From positions 17,429,912 to 17,493,911 of the forward strand of contig CM082578.2 in assembly GCA_040954595.2 (NCBI GenBank): a DNA stretch of 64,000 nucleotides, given 5' to 3'. The notes beneath the pieces are model-generated. The model made no database searches. It worked only from the letters and a program-made list of their open reading frames with translations, and was not told where the DNA came from. Origin of the DNA: Balanoglossus misakiensis (Eukaryota > Animalia > Hemichordata). Each line of letters opens with the position of its first letter. The stretch's first letter is position 1. Of this stretch, positions 25,524 to 39,600 are shown in pieces. The translations under genes and the position numbers were made by a program.

Positions 25524-28500
25524 TCACTTCAAGATGCAGGTTTTCACCCAGAAGACACCCAAGAGGGTGAATCCACCAACGCCTATCCATGGCAGTATTC
25601 TCTGCAGCACAGAGGGGTGGATGCTGTCATCTGGGTCCGCGATCAAATCTACTGCTTTGCCACCGTCTCCCGTCTGCGATAACTGAAAAGACCAGATCCA
25701 CGTAATGCGTTATAAATCATCCGGCGATGATACGCTGCGCAAACAAGCATGACTATCACAAACACTGACACAGAGACAGGTTTCAAAGGAGATGACTTGC
25801 AACACATGTGGAGACAGTAATGAGACGTTGTAGGGCAAGGTCGTTGACACTGTAGACCCAACTGACATTTGTCAATTTTTTTACGACAGTTCAGAACCAC
25901 TGGTTCAGATTCACTGAAGAGAAGATTATTGGCAGGGAACTGGCGCTGTATTAGATTGTTGGGTTTGTTCTATTGACCTGTGTTTGATGATTGTGTGGGG
26001 ATGGGGATGATGTCATGATGGAGAAATGGGGCAAAACAGGGAAAATTGTTAACTGTGGGTTGGAAGAGACACATCTAGCTACAAGGGAAAAAATACTGTT
26101 AACACAATGGAGTAGGTGGGGAGGGCATCATCAACTATGGAGATACAGGCATCTGTCAAATTCTGGACAGAGAAAGATGTTATTAACTGTGGTAAGGAGA
26201 ACTCATCAAGGGTAGGGAAGGATAATCTCAACAGCGGGCAAGTAAGAATGAGCTGTAGGTAAGGGACATTTTCAAGTGTTAAGATATCCATGAGTTCTGC
26301 CATAGAAAGTCATTGAAAGCACTTGGTCCGTCTTTAGAAACGTATGTTCACATCAGCTAGATCTCACAGAGGAGGATTTCAACTTGAACTGAGATAACCT
26401 TGGATGTGACAGCAGCCCATTGTGCATTGCGGGGAGAGAAAAACACTGTGGACTACCCAGATAGAAGCCTTGCCACCCTGTAGCCATTTCATCAGCTGTA
26501 AACAGAGAGAGGGGCACTAAAGTGGCAGTTGTCTAAAGAGAAAAGTGCAAAACTAAAGCTTTGAATGATTCCAGCCTTCTTTACCTCCTTTTTCCCACCC
26601 ACTTTAATAGTGTGGCAATGTTCAATGCAGCGACCGGGATTAGCTGGCATTGATCACACAGATCACAATAAAGGCAAAGTTGTAGGCTTCAAAAAGACTG
26701 TCACTTAGTTAAGATTTTCAAGGAGAGGACGAGACAAAAACAGCATTCCGAGTCAGACAAAGGTGACAGCAGCCGATCAATAGAGGGAAAGAACTCAAAT
26801 CGGCCGAATCACTGCTGGATATTGTACACCAAAGTATAACATTAACAGTGTTCTTTTCTGTCGCTCAGCCCCTCTAAGGTTATTTGCGAGGGAGGGAGAA
26901 AAAAGGAGACAATCTCCACCGCAGGGCTGAAGCCAAGGTTCTGAGTGGCCGCATAAACAAGGAGATTACAGCCAAAAGGTCCAGTTGAGAAATCCTTCAA
27001 CATTGGTGACTGTAGTCAATGAATATAAAATCCAGCAACACAAACCGATCTGTGAGTTATCCATTTTTCTGCACGCAACACAGACCCAGAATGGTACAAG
27101 TGCCTGTTAGTAGACATTCTTCTATTATGGACTGTTTTCTTTTCCTGAGCAGAGAAGGGTGTTCATCTGCTGATCGTATTCTTGCATGAAATTTCAGACA
27201 GGATGAATCTCATATGATGTCTACAAAAAATAGACAGTTTGTTGAGCAAACATCCAGCAAATTCTTCACCCCTGAATCATAAACATTCTATTGGCATTTG
27301 ATTTATTTAGATGAAAGTAAAATGCTGAAACAAAACAAGTGGGCGAAGCAACTTTTTATTCTGTTTTGCATCGGTATAATGAACAAGACTAAGCTTATTG
27401 ACACAGACTAGTCCAGTGCCATCATTAACAGCTCTCATAATCCCCTTGTTGGACAAACCTTTTTGTTTCTTTGTAACCTTTCTTTCCCTTCCAGACTTCT
27501 CTCCAGGCCAGATGAACACAGACATTACCCAATTGGCTAGGGGGCAGGAATATTGTCTTATGAGCCAAAGAAGAGCCCTTGCCAATAAATAAATACTAAT
27601 GCCAACAGATGGTTTCAATGCTCAAGTGTGCCCATGGCCAACACTTATTGTTTAGTCTCTGGGATGCTACAGCATCCAAAACTGATTTTTTATCAGTGTA
27701 TGATGTTTGACAGTTTCCGAGTAGACAATGTGTGCTTGAAGACTTATAGTAGCCCTGGTGGACAGGAAGAATGACCTAGGTCAGTGACGCACCAAAATGG
27801 CAGGACATAGTGATCAACACCAGGCCACCATATGTCACAGCCTCCAAGTCATTCACCTCATCATTTCAGCACAACTGACTTCCAAATTGACAGCTCAATT
27901 TTTTTTTATTTACCGGAGAGGGATTCCAGAAGCTTGGTTTCAATTTCAATTGATACAAATCACTGAAGCCAATCAATCTGTGGGAACTAATCTGGTCATT
28001 GGAACCGAAACTGGATAGCTACTTTTACGGGATCTGTTTTCAACGAAGTTAAATTAACTGCTCGGCTCTCAAGTGCCTCCTGTTAGACACACGATCACGC
28101 AGCACTGAGGAGAGTGATCAAGCAATAAACATAAGTAACTGCACATTCTAGAATCACATGGAAAGAGGCATAGAGCTACCATAATTCTCTTCTGACTAAA
28201 TTGTGTAATATAAGTGAATCATCGGCAGACGTCATGAAAAATCCTATTGTTGATAATTAGTCTCAAATCCTAATGATTACCACTACAAATAGGTCAATAA
28301 CAGCTACCCCAACTTTTTGGCAAATAAAACTAAGCTATCTGTAGGACCATTGTGATGGTACCTGGAAAGAAATATTTTTGCCAAAAACCTGGTATGTCTC
28401 ATTATGTCATAAAACCTGATTGTATAACTTCTCTTTTTTTCCAGAAACAAAAAATGTCTAAAGCTGTGAGTAAGCAAATAAACAAAAGACAAACACCAAA

Positions 28501-31500
28501 TACACAGTTAATGTGACAAGCCGGGAATAAAACCTCGTTTCGTATTTAGGAATCTTTAGAAACTGAGAGGCAGCATTGAAATGCACGCTCACCCGGTATC
28601 AACTGCATCAAAAACATTTAATCTTAGCTCTCGGCAATGTACTTGTCTGGGCTGATATCTGTCAATTTCCTTTCAAAATCTCCTGACATCAACAATACAG
28701 TGTGGGAACTAACTCCAGGCATAGAGTCATGTGACTTTCTGACCCATGAGGGCGCTCTCACTTCTAATATACCAGCTATACATGTAGTCATTGGGTTTGA
28801 GTGACAGGGAAGGCTATTTAGTGGAACCCAGCTACAACCGTCAAAGAGAGCCCCAGGGAATGTCTAAGAAGCTCCCAAGGATGTTTGGAAAGAAGAAATA
28901 CCTTGGGTTGGAGCAACAACAAAATAATAACTTTACCAACCTCTGAAGTGTGATTTCTGAGCTGGACCAGATCGGTGTGCAACATTCTGACCCTCTTCAT
29001 GGCTTCAGTGATATCGGCAGACACAGTGTTCATGGCATCGCAGTTCACTTCCTGACTGTCTGACGACTTGGCAGACTTCATCTGTTGGCCAATGTATCCT
29101 ATTGTACTGGCCATATATTCGCAGTGCTTTGTGATGTTGCAAATGATGGCGTTGCACTCTCCCACACTATGACGAAGAAAATCAAAACAAAACAAAGTGT
29201 ATTACAAGTTCGGAAATGATTCATATGGCTAAAAATAAAGGATTAGGATTATAAAGTTGAGTTTGGGACAACTATTTGTAAGATGCATCAATCGAGTGTA
29301 TCAAGAGTAAATTTTAAATGCCATCTGCAAAACAATTTTCAAAGCAATATAATTCATTTTTAATTCACCTCAGAATTTTGTGGCAGTGTATATTTTGAGA
29401 CATTAAGCTGCTTGGCTCCCAATCCTTCTTATGTACATGGTGAAGTGCCTCTAGGATTCTCTTACGGTAACCAAGCTGCTGGACTCCAATCTGGCAGAAG
29501 ACAGTACAGAAGAAAATGGGGTTAAATTCTCAATGGCAAATAATGCAATGCTGAATCTTGTCTGAGTCAAACACATACTGAGATAAAATTAAAATGCATG
29601 GAGACACAGACATTTACCTTTTCCAAGTCATGGTCATTCATTCTCAGCAAGGCGCTGAAAGTAACCTGGTGCTCTTGGAAAAGTGGAACCAGCTGTCCAA
29701 GTTCTATCCCGCAGAGGAAAAGTTCAAGATCACCATAACGGACATAGGTTTGATTGCTGTTGACCGATGCATTTGTTTGGCTTGGTGATCTGTAATGTAA
29801 TGACAATGTCATGATCGATATGAGGTCATGATTTGAACTGACACCAGCATTGAAATGATAGCTCCAACCCATGCATTTGAAATGATGGTACCCTCCTTAG
29901 TGTTGTGCCATTAAAAGCAATGTTGGACCTACACGTACAGGAAAACAAGTGTAAATTTAAGTGAATTACTTACTCTTTGGCACTGCTATCTGTTGGTCCA
30001 CCATTACTCATCGAGTTGTGTGTGACTCGACTGCTTTGCTGGTTTGGATTTGCAGCATAGTCTAAGAGCTCTGTCAGCTGATCAAAGATGGAACAGAATA
30101 GAGTCAATATAGGAAACTATAGAAATATAACATCATGGTGACAAAGTGAAATTTTGAAATTTTGGAAAAAGAAAAACCCTGAGGCATTGAGGCATGATCC
30201 TTACAGCTGTATGTCCCTGGGCGTAGGCAATATCACCAGCTTTCTGACCATCACACGCACACTTGTTAGCATCAGCGTTTAACTCGAGCAAAGTCTTGGC
30301 AACGAGTAGGTATCCTTTACTGGCTGCCCACATCAATGCCTGGTGAAGTAAGAGAAGAGCATGTCAATTCTTCAGTTTCAAACTGACTGATCATTCAATC
30401 AATCTGCTCTTGAGATATGGTCGTTGTTACTCATGGGTGATATTCAATTTTGCACATCTGGATGTCAATACATGTGTATTCTAACGAAGAAGGTCCAACT
30501 CTACCATAGAAATCAATGGATTTGGACCGAACCATGTCGGTGAAAGGGTTCATACCTATCATAAAAGGATATCAAGACACTTACTGTCCATCCTCGCACA
30601 TCTTGTGTGTTCACCTCTGTCTGATGTTGTGCCATTTTTTTCACCACAGACGGGTAGCCCTGTCTTGATGCATACATCAGTGATGTCATGTGATACCTGA
30701 AGAAAATCCAAGAGCGATAAAAATAAACCACAATGAAGCTGCAAATTTATGTTTCAGAAATGATGACAAGAACCACATTTATAGCCTCCAGAGGGCACTG
30801 CAGCAATGTGTGATAGTACATGCACATGCAGAGTTCAGACATCACACCTCCCCAGTTGGTAACAGACATGTCAGAGGAATAATAACAGCATTTACCAATG
30901 CTGAAGAGTTTTGTGACTGACCTGTCATGACTGTTCACATTAGCCCCATGCTGGATCAACTCGGTGACACAGCTCAACACACTCTCTTCACTCTCCTTGT
31001 TACAGCTACAGGCACACATCAAAACTGTAAATCTGTCTGCAAGGAGAAACAGACACAAGAAGTGCTGGCATTTAATCATCACTGCGAACACGTTGGTCAG
31101 GTGATGTGAGATACACTCAGTATTACTAGTATTTTGTTACTTTGCAGGTTTTTACCATCTTACCTTTGTGGAAATTTGGATCAGCACCTCTGTCTAATAA
31201 CAGTTTGACGACCTCAAAGTTACTGAAACTGGCTGCATACATCAAAGCTGTCCACCCTGTCTTCAAGATGGAATCTACTGGAAAGCCTGCAGAGACACAA
31301 TTTTGATGAGCATATAAAGTGACTGTGCACACAAAATGATGAGTGTTACCCAAGGATAAATGTACATGAGTGGTACACTTTGGTTATATTATGTTCCTGC
31401 TGGATAACATTCAGAATAGAATATCTTCTAAACTTAATTACCTTTATCAATAAAGCTCTGGACTTCTGATACATTCCCTCTGATCACAGCTGATCTCACA

Positions 31501-32250
31501 TCTTCAACGACCAATGGAGATCCCTGTCGTTCCCGCCGAGGGCTGCGTTTCCTGCGGCCGAAACTGTTTGACCTCCTACGCAGGTCAGGTGGGGATACTC
31601 GTCGAAAGTTACCATTGTTGGCATTGATCGTTGGAGAGTCCGTCTCTGGGTGTCCGATTGAAAAACTCCCCTAAAAAAAACCCAGCCACATATTCGCATT
31701 AAAAAAACCTGATTTTTAAGTATAACACAATTATATTTCAAATCAATGCCACTTTCAATGATATAAAGTATATTCAATCAGGGGGCTCATGTCCCTTTAA
31801 TATTATGCAAATTTTAAATACGAGACACAGAGCGCCCTCGCCTCGCAAGACACATGCAAGCAGCTCATGCGAATTCAGTGACCCCGACAAAAACGAAGAG
31901 TATAAATCAAATGCAAAGTAGACACTGGCAGATAACTTAATTTCCGTAAGTGTCGGCTGAATAACACACTAGTGTTCAGGTGCAGCTGCTGTATTATACA
32001 TATCCTGGGCCTCATATCTGTTGGGATGTTTCACTTGTTTTTTTAAAGCACATGTACGGCCTTGCATGCACCATTACACGTCAAATAAACAGCTATATCC
32101 CCTAAACCGCAATACTTCTGTCAACAGACCTACCTTAAAGGATTCTTTTTCAAAGCTTCCACTGTGGAGATACAGTTCATCATCGTCATAATCTCCGTAA
32201 GCATCCTCATCTCCAGCAGGTCGATATCCCAGCGATACGTCAGTCGCCAT
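25524..32250 (-). CDS. ASZ1: ASZ1/GASZ: ankyrin repeat, SAM and C-terminal transmembrane piRNA-pathway protein (about 537 aa, 11 coding exons)
   Basis: Exons are 32250-32134, 31670-31442, 31286-31164 (GWTALMYAAS ankyrin), 31036-30922, 30696-30585, 30339-30205, 30077-29974, 29789-29618 (SAM: YGDLELFLCGIELGQLVPLF), 29490-29369 (IGVQQLGYRKRIL), 29166-28941 and 25682-25524. The last exon reads LSQTG...ILPWIGVGGFTLLGVFWVKTCILK*, a tail anchor that is missing from the ORF track. Phases are consistent throughout. Confidence 0.88.
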
Positions 32251-32455
32251 TGCGAATCCTTGTCAGAAAGTGACTCAAGGGGGCGCTGCATTGCTCTCGA
32301 TTCTCGAAAGCAATTCCGAACGACATCAATTAATATTCGATATATGCAATGTCATAAAATAAACCAGACACAGACACACACACACACAACCAGTACTGGC
32401 AAACATTTCACAATGGCTACACAGACAGATGCACAGATTTCTGCTGCAATAACAA

Positions 32456-32461
32456 TTTATT
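32456..32461 (-). terminator. Probable ST7 polyadenylation signal
   Basis: Minus-strand AATAAA about 1.15 kb after the ST7 stop and about 200 bp before the ASZ1 ATG. Confidence 0.45.
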
Positions 32462-33610
32462 GAAAATAAAGGGCAAGACCCTGTGAAAGGGAAACTTCAA
32501 TATCTTCCCTACAGTACAACATTAGTAAACTTTCAGCTTTAATAAGTTTTTCAATAGAAGCACAAAAAATACGTTTGATAAATTTAAAGATCAGAAGTTC
32601 AAAGTCTGGAGTCAGTTTCAAAGTCTTGTTGGCAGTGAACAGTCAGTCTTTTCGGTCAGTGTAACTTGGTTTGTACAAAAGAAGACATGGTCAATGGGAG
32701 AAACCAACAGCTCTGGAGAATGAAGACTGCGCTAAACGAACACAGAAGAGGAATTTGTACATTGCCCTGCATCAAAAATGATTTCCACAATGATATGATT
32801 GTCCAACTTCAAACTTAACAAAAGCACAATATTTCAATAGTGCAAAACATCCCGTATCCCTGTACTTTCACAGACTTTCAGGCCTCACTTTTTTTCTTCA
32901 ATTCTAATTTCATTTTTTAAAAACAAAAATAGTGTTTTTCACTCACTTTTATAGAGTAAGAGTACTTCATACTCCATGTATAATAATAAATACTGTCTGA
33001 AAAAGGGCATACACAGATCATTCTTTGCATTCTTGCCGAACTGAAAAAGTTTTCTTTTTCCAATTGTTATAACATTGGTCATTGTTTAGGAGGTCACAGG
33101 TAAGAGCAAAGGTCAGGTTGTTTCATGACTTCCATACTTAATGTTGCTATGATACTAGAACATATCATCTCTTGCCACTCTATGAAACAATCTTAATGCA
33201 GAGGAAAAAGGGATGGCTGCCTTCATCAATGTCATGGCAATGTACTCAGTGAAATTGAAGTCTGGATGACTGCGAAGAGCCATAAGCTCTGTCGAACTCT
33301 TGAAACATATCTGCTGGAAGAACTACAGCAGTGCAATAGAAATAAAAATTTAGTTTCTTTTCAAAGGAGCTGTGGAATGCACAGTTGTAGTTTCAAGTGC
33401 AAGAAGTCCTTTGGGCTTCACGAAACCACTTCTCGAACTTGGGCGAATTCTAGATGTAATCTCTACACAGGCCATGTTCGCAAATGCCAGGTCTGTCATT
33501 TTCCAGAGTTGAAAAGTTCTGACGGTTGTCTCTCAGACAAGTGGATGTGGTTGATATGGCGATGTCTCCTCTCTGACTGTTCTCCGCTTGTATGCTGGTC
33601 ATGAGTTTGT

Positions 33611-36600
33611 TCAGAGACGCGAAAGCTGATGCCATAATGTGGATGGCAACATGCTTTCGATCTTGTCAAGCAGGAAGTTGAATGGAGCAGAGATTGTGGA
33701 CAAGAACTGTGACGGAAAACGAGAAGAAGAAAAAATGCTTAGAGTAAAAGATGGCATGGCATGTGTGTTTTAAATCCATGAGTGACATAATAGATGTTAT
33801 ACACTATATATTACGACTTTGCTTACAATTATGTAGAGCGCCCCCAACGTTAGATGTGAATCTAATGCTGCATGTGTTTGGCTAAGCCTATTCTGCTTCA
33901 ACGATATCATCTGAATACAAATAATTCAATTTGTGGCAGAATAAATTTGCCTGAGATTTAAACTCAAATAAGAGTGGGGTGAAACTTACAGTTTTGGCAA
34001 TCAGCCCCATGGGTTCTGGAAACTGGTGAGTCAACAGAGCCAGAAGAGCCGTGAAAGAACACAATCCAGCAGTGAAGAGGATGAAGAAAGGCAGTTCCTT
34101 CTTGGGATATACTGAGAGGTCATGGAAAGCTGGTGGGAGAGAACAAAAAATATGAGGGAAAATGAGCATTCAGTGGAATATCTCTCTTTAAAGAAATATT
34201 TATAATTATTTGTGCAAAACCAATTAAGGTCTACCTCCAGGTTCTATGTTGTGGGAATGAGGCTTGTCCATAAAATGCAATACGTCAATATATTAATGTC
34301 ATATTACACTCACATTCTAGCATAACACAAGTCTAATACCCCCTTTACAAACTTACTTGGAAGCAGCTCTCTGTCTGCACTCTCTGTACAGCTTGGGTAC
34401 GGATAAAACAGATGTCCCTTCTCCAGGGGATAAGGAATCATCCGGAAGGTACCCTCCCAGGTACAATGGAGTAGGTTCAACGCCCCTTCCACTTTTTTCC
34501 AATGCGGCAGATGGAAGAATACGTAGGCGATCGCTTCACTGTCGCCTCGTTTGAGTATGTGTTCCGGCGGAAGTATCAGACTCTTCATTTCTAAAAGATA
34601 CTGCAGAACAAAAATATAAAATGCAGAATGAAAATTTAAAATAAATTCTAGCAAAGGCTGATAGTGAGGCCTATCACAAAACAATCAGCAGTCATATTTA
34701 TATTGTGATACATTGTCCTTGCACCAAGTTTGATCAGGCTTGTCTAAGTAATGGCTACAGACAAAATCACAACAACCTGGCAGCCATATTGGATTGCATT
34801 GCAAAGCAAAATGACCACCTGGCAGCCATATTGGATTGTATTGCAAAGTAAATTGAGGTGCACATGAACATTGTCCTTGTGTCAAGTTTAATTGGAATAT
34901 ATTAGGCATGTTTGAATAATGGTATTGCACACAGAATGCATGCATTTCTCTCACCTTTGGCACATGGGGGTTGAATTCCACTGCCCTGTGTATGGCTTCC
35001 ACTGCATTCATTTCTGCCGTACTCAGCCCCCTCTTGGACGCCACCTCTGGTGAAAACCTGTCAAACAAGAAGGCGAATAAATGAACTCTCAGACTGCCAA
35101 AGAATGAAGAAGGGACCTTTACAATGCTAAATTCAGCACACCATCTTATCACAAAAGTACTTTTAGTTTCGTTTTATTTCACTCTATCAATCAATCATCC
35201 AGATCATTGTGATGTACCCACCACTGAAAGGTATTAAGGAAAAGCAAAGAAGAGAAGACACAGTGCTGAAGGGCACATCATTCAGGATCTTGTCTGCATC
35301 TTAAACTCACAAGACTCTAACAATGTGTCTGGTACCCTGTTAATTATTTTTCTTTAAACACTAAAGGCTTTCTACCAGTATTATCCCAGACGTATTTTTT
35401 TTCTGAATGACTGCTTTGGGCAAAAAAAGTAAAACAGTACATTTCCAAAACAGTGTGAGTGCACAGACTGGCGCCATTTCACTTCTACTATAATTACAGC
35501 AAATTTGATACTGGCTGCTCAGTCGTGTGTAAAAAATCATCATGTTATAAATTTTCAGCAACAGTTCTCAGGCTAAAAAATTCCCCAACTGAAAATGTAT
35601 TCTCTTTCTGATATCATCTCTATACTACAGGCATCATTTGTTTCTGTCACGACAGACTGAATCTTTAAGTCTGAGTCTGTGTCCTTCACTCTCCTTTGCA
35701 GTTTGTTGTGCGCAGATGGGGACGTGGCATGCCCTTAAGACACTGTAGATTTAGTCTCCACTTTGGTTTATATAAAAGAATATATCCATCTACAAACCAT
35801 CCATACCCTGGATCATATCTCTACCATTTTTTGCTTGCACTAACGACGGCTTATTTATGAGCCATTCATCATTTATTTATCCTTCAATCTGACATCAGAC
35901 TGTGCGTCTGCTGGAGTGGAAATGTCAAACTATTTCTGCACGAAACATTACCAGAAAAGATTCATTTATGTATGTACACATTTGACAAAGAAGGGTCTGA
36001 AATGCCTAACTTCACACCAAAGCACATTTGGGAACGCAACACTTGCCAGCAATATTCACAAATTTGGGATCAATGCTATTTGTGTTTTGCAATTATTTAA
36101 ATGAACATGTAGTGGAGATAATATGAGATATAAACTGAACTTTTCAGTGTGGTGTTTAAAAAGGTTATAAATTATGACAACAGTGTCCTGGGATACTTCC
36201 ACTCAAAAATAACATTTTCATCTTGACAATCTGGGAGTTTTTAACATATGAATAGGCCAAAAACCTTTGCAAAAAAGCCCCACAAAAGTGTTGAGAAAGA
36301 CAATCCAAGCCATGCAGCACTTATTATCTGTTCAAAGCCATTGCATATATCTGTGAAATATTAAAACTGACAGCATATGTTGACTTACTTGTCACAAACA
36401 GCCCTGGCTTTCAGCAATGCTGCTGTGTAACATATGGTGGCTGATTTGGGCAGACTGATGTCATCATATTTGGCCAGAACAGCCTGGACATCAGCGTACG
36501 CTTGCAGTTCCAACAGAGCCTCTATCAGGTTCTCGTGAATGTTCAACACATTAAACAACGGGAACTCTTTCATTAGCTGTAACAGAAAAGGAAATGTAGA

Positions 36601-39600
36601 GTTTCAATTTCTCTGTACCCGTCTTTACTCTCTATGTTCCACCCATACCATTTTTCACTACTGACAGTCATCATGTATAAATACAGGAAACCAATAAAGA
36701 AGACGGCCAAATGATGGTGTTGCCAACGCAACACACATTTGCAAGCTGTCATTTTTTTTTGCACTGAGCCAATGTGCATCAAATGACAAAACTGCTGCCA
36801 TGCAAAGCCTCTGTCTTCATGTCTTTGACTTGTCAACAGCTAGATGACCTTATGACCCTGTCCCATAGCACACATTACGCATGATCTAAATGGCCAGCCA
36901 TTAGATGATTAAATATTGAACAGACAGAATTGAGTGACAGCAACGGATGGGTACTAAAGTTCAATTTCCCTGCTCTCGTTTGGGACAGATGAGATGAAAT
37001 TACTTCCCGGCATCAACAAGTGAGTTTATTTTTTTTCTGTGCAGTGGGGATTAATCTTCTGTCTGGCACATTCCATTCAGTGGAAGGGAGGGAGGGAAGA
37101 GGATAAGCTGCACTGAAGCATCTGTTTCTTGCTTCCCTCGCAGATATCATATATGCGAGGCAGAATCACTGTGTGCGAGGGAAGTAAACACCGCTCTGTC
37201 GACAGTGTGTCTGTCACCATGTTAACCTTTCTCCTACTCTGGGAGATGAAATTGATGTCGAAACAAAAACTGGCTTCCTGGCGAAGGATTAATCCAGCAA
37301 CTTCAGATCATGCATGCAGGAAGATCAGCAATCAATTATACCTTCTACATTAAAGAGATACCATTCAAAACAACCAATCTAAACAATTCCTCTGGCTCAT
37401 AGCGAAACTACTGGTATATCCACTCATCCATTCAATGGGCCTGACAACATCTTCACTGATTGGCTGTTTGTTTGAGCAGTACTTGACCGGTAATAATATA
37501 CATGCAATCAGAATTATAATAAAGCACTCAATGGTTATATTTCAACAACAGTGAGAACAGTTCACACTTCAGTCGGATGTTGCTCTCAATGCGTGCCAAA
37601 AGTTAATGTATTTTGAGCATCACAAAGGTCAGAAGACCATGCTTTTTGCACTCCTTGAAGGTACTTACATCTCGCATCATTTTCACCGCTTCTTTCACTC
37701 TTCCAAGCTTCCTGGCACACATGGCAAGACGTCGCTTTATATACACTAGAACGTTTGTGTCTCGTCCTTCATGGAAAGTGAAAAGCAAACAGAATATCCA
37801 CTGTCAGTATTATCAATCACATTTATCAATGAAGCCAGGAGAAATAGCTGAATGACTGTCTGAGGTGGTGTTGCGTCACACCAATACATTGTGTTCAACC
37901 AAATCAACCAACTCAATAAACTGACTGGTAACACAAGAAAATTATCAAATAAATTCAAATTGACTGAAAAGCTCTTAAAAACATGCTTCTTTAGAGACCA
38001 TACTGCTGCCATGTATGCAAATTTTATTGAACATAGACAGTCTGATCAGACTGGTGATGTCAAGCAACGCTTTCGGTCAAACTCCTGACAAATCATTCAT
38101 TGAACGGCACAAAGATGAGCAATTTTTACTCACGATGAAGTGCTTCATGTTGAGCACTCTGATGCTGTAGCACTTGACTCTTTTTATAATTGATTTCTCC
38201 GACCTTCAACGCTTGCTTGAATGATTTTTCAGCTTCCAGTATTGTGGTGACCTCTTCCTCTGCTAAGAGTATCCACGCGGTGGCACACCTGGAAATGAAC
38301 ATACAACTATCAAGACGGTCGCCCCCTGAAAACTCACTGCCATGACGTTTACCACCTACCAATATCAGTGCCAGGATTGGAGTAAATGTCCAGGGGTGTC
38401 TGACCTAGAACTCGCCAGCTGCTGTGGTGTTTTACAACTACCGATAGTGTCAGAAAATGCACAATACACTATTTTGTTCTAAAAGAACATCACATTGGAA
38501 GATGTCTTGGAGTCAACTTACTCTGAATTTTTATCAAGTGCTTCTTTTGCTTTCTGTATCCTTAACTGTGGGTTTCTCTCTCTCCAGGCTCTCTGCATGA
38601 CTGTATAAAATGTCAAACAAGTACAGAAGACATTATCAATAATTACAGAAATCTGACGCAACACAAAGATGAGCAGTTTACACCAAGTCATGTCACAAGA
38701 AATCATGTGTCAAACATCTTATGATAGTCAAAAAACTATTGTACTGTATTTTCATCTGGTCGAAGAAAATGCGAATCTGAAATACAATGATTTATAACTA
38801 TCTTTCTAATGTTGTGACCATTTAGTGCAAAACAACAACATAATAGTTGCTTGTATACTCTGATACTATCAGTACGACTGAACTAATCCTGTATTGTCCT
38901 TACTTTCATCAGCAGGCCTGTTCTGATCTGTGTCACATGTGAAAAACGTCTGGTGATCCTGCGCTGAGAGGTTCATGTCGTAGAAGGTCAGCGGATCTTT
39001 GCCAGTCACCCACGTGAATCGGTTGTATTCCGAACCACGCAGCAAATTCAACGGATTCCGCCATACTTTACATTCTATTCAAATGAAAGCAAACAGAACC
39101 AATTTTTTAGAAATCAAGATTTATTGGTTAAGAATCTCTGTTGCCATTTCTGGCTCTGATTGCAAATAGCCATTTTGTCTGGCGTATTTAAAATTTGAAA
39201 GTTTGAAATCAGAGGAGAGAGAACTCCAGCAATGAGATATAGCAGAACCTCACTTCAAGTCTATTTAATTTTCTCAAGGTTCACACATCTTCTTTTCTGA
39301 TAGAATAAAATCTCAGTGAATGTTCACACTTCATTCAGCAAGATCAATAGACGACAAATTATGAAACTCCTGGCCTTTTTCTTTCAGTGAAACCAAATCC
39401 CAATGAAATTAATTTATATCACACTGAAACATCAGATTTGAGTTTTTTATCCTTTTTCACTGAAAACAAGTCCCAGTGAGATTAATCAAATGCATCCGTT
39501 GTCATTATGTTTTGCAAAATAGGGTGATAAAACAGCCTCCATTTGTCTAGAATCAAATCAAGACAACAGACGCTAATGTGTGTGTGTGAACTCCAAGGAC

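Noticed and set aside
25649-25900. 83-aa hydrophobic ORF as the ASZ1 tail
   Set aside because: A better model uses the acceptor at 25683-25684 in another frame, matches phase 0 and gives a typical tail anchor.
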